Source: Eledone cirrhosa
Lineage: Eukaryota
Length of the DNA stretch: 64,000 nucleotides
NCBI GenBank assembly: GCA_964016885.1
Contig: OZ024765.1
Span: forward strand, 21,948,001-22,012,000
Direction: 5' to 3'
The translations under genes and the position numbers were made by a program. Shown one piece after another: positions 14,801 through 25,300 of this stretch (positions are counted from its first letter, which is position 1; the number at the start of each line of letters is the position of its first letter). A model generated the notes under the pieces. It was not told where the DNA came from. It did no database searches and worked only from the letters and a program-made list of their open reading frames with translations.

Positions 14801-14931
14801 CCCTTACCACTAGACCACACACCAACCAATCTAACACCCTTACCACTAGACCACACACCAACCAATCCAACACCCTTACCACTAGACCACACACCAACCA
14901 GTCCAACACCCTTACCACTAGACCACACACC
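8791..14931. repeat. 36-bp tandem array, ~170 units, derived from the SINE 5' head
   Basis: Unit ccactagaccacacaccaaccagtctaacaccctta; 12-aa periodic pseudo-ORFs; contiguous with the SINE A box. Confidence 0.97.
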
Positions 14932-15246
14932 TCTCTCTAGCTATGAGCTCGAGTCTCCCAAATAAAACAGTTTCGTAAGCTGATGTATTTATTAATCACA
15001 TGAAATTATTATATATTTTATTTAATTGCACAAATTTGGGTAAAGCTGCGATCTTTAAGTTTCAATAATGTCCTTTTCTGGTGTCTGTGCCCTAGGTCTC
15101 TGCCTAGTTGGTCTTAATGGTAGCACCAGCCCTATATAAAACTGTGAACCTTTAAGTTTCAATATTGCGCCTTTCTGGGGTCTGATATCTGTGCCCTAGG
15201 TGACTGCCCAGGAGGGATATGTTCATATAGTTCTTCCTTCGAGGAA

Positions 15247-15525
15247 CAGGGCCGGATTTAGTGGTGAAACATGGGGGAATTTGTCTCGGGCCCTCTGCAG
15301 TGGAGGAGGAGGTCCCACCAGTGACAGTCGTAGCAATTTATTTGTGCCCTTAGCTGGGCTTTTTAGTTTTAGGATGGTTAGAATTTTTTAATTTAATACC
15401 TGTAGGTATAACTTTTCAATTCCAATTACTTGCTCCAAACTAACTTTGATATGTAAAATTGAGGGTTTGCTGGGTATTCTAATTTTTTGTGTATGAGGGG
15501 CTCTCAAGGTCTAAATCCAATCCTG
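15247..15525. mobile_element. hAT-type MITE with 8-bp target-site duplication
   Basis: TIRs CAGGGCCGGATTTAG / CTAAATCCAATCCTG; flanks TCGAGGAA (15239-15246) and TCAAGGAA (15526-15533). Confidence 0.75.
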
Positions 15526-16033
15526 TCAAGGAATGATACTTCCAGGAATTGTTCAGCACTACACATAGCATTCCGGTGTATTTCACCATCAATTATGTTC
15601 TTTAACCAGTCATTTCCCAGACTGAGGAACCATAGAACTGACTTAACTACAGCTCTGAAGATGCCCCTCCTCATTTTGTTTATTGTTGATAATGATAAAC
15701 AATGGTTGAATGACTTTGGGGTAAAGTAACCCTAAAGATGGGGTGGTAGGGTGTTTGGGGGGCATGGAAAAGGGTCAGACACGACTGTGGGCAACCAGAC
15801 CACGAATCTCTCGGAGGTCGTGTGACCACGTCTAACCATTGTACCAATGTGCTTCTCTGAAATCTGTGCCCGGAAGTGGCTGCCTAGTTTGACTGGAAGT
15901 TATCATCAGCCATGACTCTATCTTGACACAACATGAAGGGGAGGGACTCCGATCAAATTTGTCCAGGTTTCCGCAGGCAATTTCCGATGAGAGTGGGTGT
16001 AGGGATGGGAATCTATTTTTTTTCTTTCATTTT

Positions 16034-16207
16034 CAGACCTGTCATCAACTCTCCCTGTCCGACAGGGAGATTTCCTGCCCACTTTGGGGTGGGGGAAAGA
16101 TGTCTTCTCTTGTGAAAATCTCCCCATTTTTGCCTCATTTTTCCCCCCTTTGGGGCACTATTTTTCATGGTGCTCTCCGTTTGGGTTTTTAGGGGTTGGC
16201 AGGTCTG
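16034..16207. mobile_element. Small MITE-like element
   Basis: TIR-like ends CAGACCTGTCA / TGGCAGGTCTG; no convincing TSD. Confidence 0.5.
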
Positions 16208-16570
16208 CTTTTTTTTATTTTATTTTTTACCTGGCAGGTGTTAGAGATGTTGTATAAGCTGGCCTTGTGATGTGGAACTGTGTCCCACCTGTGCTCACCT
16301 GTTGCTCGGGTATTCTCACATCGTCCCATATAAGGGAAGGAAAAGGAAGAAGAGGTATAAAGAAAGGAAGATACAAGCAATGTGTGGCTTACGTGACAAA
16401 TCAAAAATAGGAAATAAACACAGAAAAAATTAAAATAAATAATTTAATGTAATTGATTGCATTGGTTGTTCAATGACCTACGAACTACAGCATACCAAGG
16501 TGGGGGTTGATGTGGGGTGTGTGTGTGTGTGTGGGGGGGGGGGGGGCTGATGTTTCTAGCTGATTCGGCA

Positions 16571-17180
<610 letters not shown>

Positions 17181-17372
17181 TTACATATTGTAATTTTGAC
17201 AAAAACAAATAATAAGAGACAGAAAAGAAAAGACAAAAATAAGAAACAAAGACTCTCCCCCCCCCCCCCCTCTCCCCCTCTCTCTCTCTCCCTTCCTCTC
17301 CTTCTCTCCATCATCTCATCTCTGAACTTCTGACCTCTCCTCTGTTTACTCTGTTAATCTAAACCTCTTCTT

Positions 17373-17435
17373 CACGTGTTCAGATCAGATATCAAAACTA
17401 TTCTGGACTCTCTTGAGAAGCCAGCCTTATATAAA
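17373..17435 (+). promoter_or_regulatory. Core promoter of the plus gene: CACGTG (17373-17378) and TATATAAA (17428-17435)
   Basis: Motifs read directly; the TATA box starts 83 nt upstream of the ATG at 17511; conserved in both gene copies. Confidence 0.7.
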
Positions 17436-17510
17436 CCTCACAACAGACCTCCATAACACATTCTGCTCTGCTAACAGATGGCTCAACACTAACTTACATT
17501 TATCAACAAC

Positions 17511-17561
17511 ATGGCACCAACCCGTAGCCCAAGGTTGCTCTGCGTGGCAATCCTCTCCATC
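17511..17561 (+). CDS. Hc: Hemocyanin signal-peptide exon s1a (MAPTRSPRLLCVAILSI), plus gene
   Basis: aacATGG, 17 codons, GTAAGT donor at 17562 (phase 0). Confidence 0.82.
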
Positions 17562-17695
17562 GTAAGTCAAAGTTTTTTTTTCTTTTTTCTTTTAATTTAT
17601 GAGATTTTATATCTTTTAAAAAAAATTATTTTCTATTTTAATTAAATTTTAAATGAATTAATTTGTCTCCCCACTAACTTACACTCCTCAACACC

Positions 17696-17731
17696 ATGGG
17701 ACCAGCCCATAGCCTAATGTTGCTCTATATG
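17696..17731 (+). CDS. Hc: Candidate alternative first exon s1b (MGPAHSLMLLYM), plus gene
   Basis: accATGG, 12 codons, GTAAGC donor at 17732, in frame with s2. Confidence 0.45.
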
Positions 17732-17880
17732 GTAAGCCTTTCTATCAAAAGAGTTTTAAAAAATTATATTTCATTTTTTAAAACATATTTTCTATTCTGT
17801 TCAATTTTAATTATAATTTAATTAAATTCTAAATTAATTAATTTTTCTGTAATTAAAAATCTTATTTTTCTCCCCCTCAG

Positions 17881-17911
17881 ATCTCAATATTTGTACCAGT
17901 AATTACTTACG
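17881..17911 (+). CDS. Hc: Hemocyanin signal-peptide exon s2 ([11 protein letters not shown]), plus gene
   Basis: tttttctccccctcag acceptor; GTAAGT phase-1 donor at 17912; in frame with FU-a at 43756. Confidence 0.85.
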
Positions 17912-18002
17912 GTAAGTTAAAGATTCTGGAATTCTCTCCCCAAGTTTCATACAAAAGATATGCGTAATTCACGCATTCACACACACATATATATATATAC
18001 AG

Positions 18003-18057
<55 letters not shown>

Positions 18058-18102
18058 CCTACATATATCCATATATGTATATATATATACATATATATCT
18101 TC

Positions 18103-19850
18103 TAGGGCGGGTAAAATTCCTGCGATCCATGGACGAGTTCTCTGCCATGTCCTGCGTCTCCAAGAGACCAGTGTCTGTCCTTAGGGCATTAACATACGTT
18201 AACCTTGGTCTTCCTCTTCCAGTGTGTCCATGTAGGGGTTCCCACAGGAGCACGGAGTGCAGTGTCAACTCTGGATGTCGGTGAGCATGTCCAGCTAACC
18301 TCAGTCTCCTCTGTGTCACTTTTGAGCTGACTTTTGGGAGGCTCCCACACAGCTCTGAGTTTTTCATCCTCAGTGTATACTGATTAATGTTCAGAGCCAT
18401 CCTCAGCATTCTCGTGTAGCACCCATCCACCATCTGAGTGAGTCTCTTAGTCAGTGTCCAAGTGTCAGACCCATACAGCAGCACAGACTCCACTACAGCA
18501 ATGAAGAGGCGGATCTTCAGGTCTTTACAAAGGTCCGACTTCCACACCAATCTCAAGCTGTGGCACGCCGCCCAGGCCTTGCTCTTCCTCTCAACCACAT
18601 CATCTTCCGTATTCCCAATCTTTGCTCCCAAATACAGGAAGTCCTCAACCAATTCTAGCGGCTTACTGCCTACATTAGTGATCCCCTCTGGCTTCTCAAC
18701 ATTCTCTACCAGATATTTTGTTTTAGTCTCATTCATTCTCAGCCCCACACTCCTAGACACAGTCTCAACCTCCCGCATCAAATCCTCTGCCTCCTACACT
18801 GTGTTTGTCACCAAAACTATGTCGTCGGCAAATTCAGCATCCGATATCTTTTTCACCTTAACTCTCCTACTCTGAGCCGGGGCTACAGTAAAGCCAGAGT
18901 CCTGGTATTTCTCCAGTGCAAGGCGCATACAATAGTCCACTACGATGATAAAAAGGTAGGGAGCCAATGTGTCTCCCTGGAGCACTCCAGCCAGTATCTC
19001 AAAGAACTCTGTCATCCCATCAGGTGTAATGACTTGGGCTTTGGTGTTGGTGTAGAGCAGTGATATCAAGTCCACTATCTTCTTGGGAATTCCATAAGCC
19101 TGTAAGATCTTCATCAGGCAGTGACGTTCCACAGAATCAAAAGCCTTCCTAAAGTCAATGAAAACCATGACCACAGGAAGGCACTTTGCTCTAGCTCCCT
19201 CTAATATCCTCCTCAGTATCAGGATGTGACTGGTGGTTGATCTTCCCTCTCTGAAGCCGCTCTAGTTGTCCCTGAGCTTCTTCTCCATCTCAGGCTGGAT
19301 CCTGTTAAGAATCATCCTGTTGAGGGTCTTTGCCACAAGTGACATCAGTGAGATCCCCCTGTAGTTGTTGGTGTTAGAGAGATCACCCTTCTTTGGCACT
19401 GGGACGATGTTACTGATCCTCCACTGATTCGGGGCAACTCGTTTCTCCAGTGCCTGGTTACAGAACCCCAGGATGATATCATCAAAATCACACCTCTTCT
19501 GATGCCACTCCATCTTCTCCATGAACCTTGTCCTCCTTGATCCTCTTCTTGGCTCTCTGAAGCTCCTCTCTGGTGAAGGGCTCTGTCTCAATATCCAGTT
19601 CTTCAAACAACCGCCTGATCTCCCCAGTGCTCTGGGCTGTGGAGGGTGGCTCTCCTAATAGGGTCCTAAAATGGTCTAGCCATTTCCTCTTCCTATCTTT
19701 GGGCCCTGTTCCCTGGATCTGACTCAAACACCTTCTCTTCCTCCCTGTGATCTCGTTGATGATCATCCAGCTCTCCTTACATCCAGACCCGTCAACCGCT
19801 CTCTCCACACCTTTGATCTTCTCTATCAGTGCCTCCTCTCTGGCCTAAGC
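18103..19850 (-). mobile_element. Degenerate 5'-truncated non-LTR retrotransposon (RTE-like) reverse transcriptase
   Basis: Motifs PKKGDLS..NYRGISL, FIDFRKAFDSV, GVLQGDTLAPYLF, EFADD and FLYLG spread over four ORF fragments separated by stops and a frameshift. Confidence 0.9.
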
Positions 19851-19893
19851 TGTGGCGAATATATGGATATATATATGGATATATATATGGGTA

Positions 19894-20640
19894 TCATCAT
19901 CATCATCATCATCATCGTTTAACGTCCATGTTCCACGCTTGCATGGGTTTGGACGGGTGTTTTCCCACTTGAGGCAAGAGTGGTTGTCTTGCTCGCATAG
20001 GACTGTCTGGCGGGTTTTCTATGGCTGGATGCCCTTCCTAACACCAACCACGTTTACAGTGTGGACTGGGAGGTTTTTACCGTGTTACCTACACGGCCAC
20101 ATTACAGCGTGGTCTGTGTGTTTTTTTGTCGTGACACCTACACGACCTCATTTGTTTCGGGCTGGATGTTGTGGTACCAACATAACTTTACATTGAAAGG
20201 AGTGGTGTGGATGGGGTGGGGGTAGTGGGACGGGGGTGTATTTTTGTTAGAGGTGCCTACTGACTGTAGGTTTCGCTTTGTACTTAGGCAAGGCGGGTCT
20301 TCTCTATTACTGAGTAGCGCCAAAGATCTCGGTCCTGTGACATTGTCTTGGAGAGGTGTAAGTGTGTGAGGTCGGAATTTATCAAGTCGTCCCAGGTTTT
20401 TCTGGGTTTGCCTACTCCGTGGCTACCATCTATTTTTATTGCCCTGCGCTTTTTTATACAGCTGTCGTCTTTCATGCGCATCACGTGACCATACCAACGT
20501 AGTCTTCTCTCGAGTAAACAACATCTGATCCCTCTTATTCCTAATTTCTCACTTAGTTCATTTATGCTTTGCCGTTCACGTATATTACTATTACACATCC
20601 AGCGGAGCATGCAAGCTTCGTCCCTCTCCAGCCTGCGTAT
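19894..20640 (-). mobile_element. RTE-clade LINE 3' end with long 3'UTR and (GAT)n tail
   Basis: [12 protein letters not shown]...GKPRKTW C-terminal motif; (CAT)n on the + strand at ~19894-19916. Confidence 0.8.
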
Positions 20641-20871
20641 ATATCATTTCCTTTCATTTTACGTCCACTTTTCCCTGCTTGCAAGGGTGGGACGGGAACT
20701 GATTCTGGCTTGATTTCTACAGCTGGATGCCCTTCCTAACACCAACCTCATTTACAGTGAGTGCTGGGTGCTTACACATCCAGCGGAGCATGCAAGCTTC
20801 GTTCCTCTCTAGTCTGCGTATATCCTCTGCACACAATGCCCAGGTCTCACTGCCATGCAACATTGCTGTTC

Positions 20872-20915
<44 letters not shown>

Positions 20916-20958
20916 ATAATAACATCAGCATCTTTATTAATGTTATTATTATACTGAA

Positions 20959-21150
20959 GGGCGGTGAATTGGCAGTATCAGTAGAGGGTTGGACACTATG
21001 CTTTCTAGCATAGAGTTACGGCCCTTTACGGTTTGAGTTCAAATCCCGTCGACGTTAACTTTGTGTTTCATCCTTCGGGGTCGATAAAATAAAGTACCAG
21101 TAATGCACTGGGTAATTGCTGGCCTTGTGCCAATAGTAGAAACAATTATT
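20959..21150 (+). mobile_element. tRNA-derived SINE
   Basis: A-box-like tggcagtatcagt, B box GAGTTCAAATCC, body ctttgtgtttcatccttcggggtcgataaaataaagtaccagt. Confidence 0.75.
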
Positions 21151-21248
21151 ATACTGAATCTCCATCATAAATACAAACTACGAATGTTGAGTGCTTTATC
21201 CTGCTTACTCCTGTTTTTACCAAAACAATCTCTTCGGAACATATATAC

Positions 21249-21351
<103 letters not shown>

Positions 21352-21359
21352 AATTAAAA

Positions 21360-21999
21360 ATAAGAGGGATCAGATGTTGTTTACTCGAGAGAAGGCTACA
21401 TTGGTATGGACACGTGATGCGCATGAAAGTCAATAGCTGTATAACAAAGTGCAGGGCAATAAAGATAGACGGTAGTCACGGAATAGGCAGACCTAGAAAA
21501 ACCTGGGACGAACTGATAAACTCCGACCTCACACACTTACACCTCTCCAAGACAATGTCACTGGACCGAGACCTTTGGCGGTACTCAGTAACAGAGAAGA
21601 CCCGCCTTACCTAAATACATAGTAAAACCTACTACAGCCAGTAGGCATCTCTAACAAAATACACCCCGTCCCACCACCCCATCCACACCACCCCCTTCTA
21701 TGTAAAGTTATGTTGGTGCCGCACCATCCAGGCCGAAACAAATGAGATCGTGTAGGTGTCACGACAAAAAAACACAGTCCACGCTGTAATGTGGCCATGT
21801 AGGCAACACGGTAAAAACCTCCCAGCCCCACACTGTAAATGTGGTTGGTGTAAGGAAGGGCATCCAACTGTAGAAAACCCGCCAGACAGTCCTATACGAG
21901 CAAGACAATTACTCTTGCCTCAAGTGGGATTACCCCCGTCCAAACCCATGCAAGCGTGGAACACGGACGTTAAACGTTGATGATGATGATGATGATGAT
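21360..21999 (+). mobile_element. Second RTE 3'-end copy, inverted relative to 19894-20538
   Basis: [25 protein letters not shown]; same 3'UTR; (GAT)n tail at ~21979-21999. Confidence 0.8.
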
Positions 22000-22377
22000 A
22001 AATTCACACCCCAATATATATATACATACATATATACACATATACATACATATATACATATATTCATACATATTTATATATGCATACATGCATACATACA
22101 TGCTCATACATGTATATATATATATATATATATACATCCACACATACAAATATGTGTGTGAGTGTGTGTGTCAAACAAAGAGAGTGTATGTGTGTGTGTA
22201 TGTGCGTGTGTATGTGTGCATATGTTTGAATGTGTATGTAAAAGAAAGAGAGTGTATTTGTATGTGTGTGAGTGTTAGTGTGTGTGAGAGAGAGTGTGAG
22301 TGAGTGTGTGTGCGTGTATGTGTGTCAGTGTGTGTGTTAAAGAGAGTGTATGTGTGTGTGTGTGTGTTTGAATGTGT

Positions 22378-25300
22378 ATGTCTGAGAGAGAGTGTCTATG
22401 TATGTGAGTGTCTGAGAGACTATGTATGTGTGTCTATGTATGTCTGAGAGAGAGTGTCTATGTATGTGAGTGTCTGAGAGACTATGTATGTGTGTCTATG
22501 TATGTTTGAGAGAGAGTGTCTATGTATGTGAGTGTCTGAGAGACTATGTATGTGTGTCTATGTATGTCTGAGAGTGTGTCTATGTATGTGAGTGTCTGAG
22601 AGACTGTGTATGTGTGTCTATGTATGTCTGAGAGAGAGTGTCTATGTATGTGAGTGTCTGAGAGACTGTGTATGTGTGTCTATGTATGTCTGAGAGTGTG
22701 TCTATGTATGTGAGTGTCTGAGAGACTGTGTATGTGTGTCTATGTATGTCTGAGAGTGTGTCTATGTATGTGAGTGTCTGAGAGACTGTGTATGTGTGTC
22801 TATGTATGTCTGAGAGTGTGTCTATGTATGTGAGTGTCTGAGAGACTATGTATGTGTGTCTATGTATGTCTGAGAGAGAGTGTCTATGTATGTGAGTGTC
22901 TGAGAGACTATGTATGTGTGTATGTATGTCTGAGAGAGAGTGTCTATGTATGTGAGTGTCTGAGAGACTGTGTATGTGTGTCTATGTATGTCTGAGAGAG
23001 TGTCTATGTATGTGAGTGTCTGAGAGACTGTGTATGTGTGTCTATGTATGTCTGAGAGAGTGTCTATGTATGTGAGTGTCTGAGAGACTGTGTATGTGTG
23101 TCTATGTATGTCTGAGAGAGTGTCTATGTATGTGAGTGTCTGAGAAACTGTGTATGTGTGTCTATGTATGTCTGAGAGAGTGTCTATGTATGTGAGTGTC
23201 TGAGAGACTGTGTATGTGTGTCTATGTATGTCTGAGAGAGTGTCTATGTATGTGAGTGTCTGAGAGACTATGTATGTGTGTCTATGTATGTCTTTAGAGA
23301 GTGTCTATGTATGTGAGTGTCTGAGAGACTGTGTATGTGTGTCTATGTATGTCTGAGAGAGTGTCTATGTATGTGAGTGTCTGAGAGACTATGTATGTGT
23401 GTCTATGTATGTCTGAGAGAGTGTCTATGTATGTGAGTGTCTGAGAAACTGTGTATGTGTGTCTATGTATGTCTGAGAGAGTGTCTATGTATGTGAGTGT
23501 CTGAGAGACTGTGTATGTGTGTCTATGTATGTCTGAGAGAGTGTCTATGTATGTGAGTGTCTGAGAAACTGTGTATGTGTGTCTATGTATGTCTGAGAGA
23601 GTGTCTATGTATGTGAGTGTCTGAGAGACTGTGTATGTGTGTCTATGTATGTCTGAGAGAGTGTCTATGTATGTGAGTGTCTGAGAGACTATGTATGTGT
23701 GTCTATGTATGTCTGAGAGAGAGTCTATGTATGTGTGTCTATGTATGTCTGAGAGAGAGTGTCTATGTATGTGAATGTCTGAGAGACTGTGTATGTGTGT
23801 CTATGTATGTCTGAGAGAGTGTCTATGTATGTGAGTGTCTGAGAGACTGTGTATGTGTGTCTATGTATGTCTGAGAGAGTGTCTATGTATGTGAGTGTCT
23901 GAGAGACTGTGTATGTGTGTCTATGTATGTCTGAGAGAGTGTCTATGTATGTGAGTGTCTGAGAGACTGTGTATGTGTGTCTATGTATGTCTGAGAGAGT
24001 GTCTATGTATGTGAGTGTCTGAGAGACTGTGTGTGTGTGTCTATGTATGTCTGAGAGAGAGTGTCTATGTATGTGAGTGTCTGAGAGACTGTGTATGTGT
24101 GTCTATGTATGTCTGAGAGAGTGTGTCTATGTATGTGAGTGTCTGAGAGACTATGTATGTGTGTCTATGTATGTCTTAGAGAGTGTCTATGTATGTGAGT
24201 GTCTGAGAGACTATGTATGTGTGTCTATGTATGTCTGAGAGAGTGTCTATGTATGTGAGTGTCTGACAGACTATGTATGTGTGTCTATGTATGTCTGAGA
24301 GAGTGTCTATGTATGTGAGTCTCTGAGAGACTGTGTATGTGTGTCTAAGTATGTCTGAGAGAGTGTCTATGTATGTGAATGTCTGAGAGACTATGTATGT
24401 GTGTCTATGTATGTCTGAGAGAGAGTGTCTATGTATGTGAGTGTCTGAGAGACTATGTATGTGTGTCTATGTATGTCTGAGAGAGAGTGTCTATGTATGT
24501 GAGTGTCTGAGAGACTATGTATGTGTGTCTATGTATGTCTGAGAGAGAGTGTCTATGTATGAGAGTGTCTGAGAGACTATGTATGTGTGTCTATGTATGT
24601 CTGAGAGAGAGTGTCTATGTATGTGAGTGTCTGAGAGACTATGTATGTGTGTCTATGTATGTCTGAGAGAATGTCTATGTATGTGAGTGTCTGAGAAACT
24701 ATGTATGTGTGTCTATGTATGTCTGAGAGAGTGTCTATGTATGTGAGTGTCTGAGAGACTGTGTATGTGTGTCTATGTATGTGAGTGTCTGAGAGACTGT
24801 GTATGTGTGTCTATGTATGTCTGAGAGAGTGTCTATGTATGTGAGTGTCTGAGAGACTGTGTATGTGTGTCTATGTATGTCTGATAGAGTATCTATGTAT
24901 GTGAGTGTCTGAGAGACTGTGTATGTGTGTCTATGTATGTCTGAGAGAGTGTCTATGTATGTGAGTGTCTGAGAGACTGTGTGTGTGTGTCTATGTATGT
25001 CTGAGAGAGAGTGTCTATGTATGTGAGTGTCTGAGAGACTGTGTATGTGTGTCTATGTATGTCTGAGAGAGTGTGTCTATGTATGTGAGTGTCTGAGAGA
25101 CTATGTATGTGTGTCTATGTATGTCTGAGAGAGTGTCTATGTATGTGAGTGTCTGAGAGACTATGTATGTGTGTCTATGTATGTCTGAGAGAGTGTCTAT
25201 GTATGTGAGTGTCTGACAGACTATGTATGTGTGTCTATGTATGTCTGAGAGAGTGTCTATGTATGTGAGTCTCTGAGAGACTGTGTATGTGTGTCTAAGT

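Noticed and set aside
8791-14931. CRISPR array (36-bp repeat) or mucin-like ORFs (PLPLDHTPTSLT, VRVLDWLVCGLV)
   Set aside because: Units are head-to-tail with no unique spacers, there are no cas genes and the context is eukaryotic. The ORFs arise because 36 is divisible by 3, and they are open on both strands.
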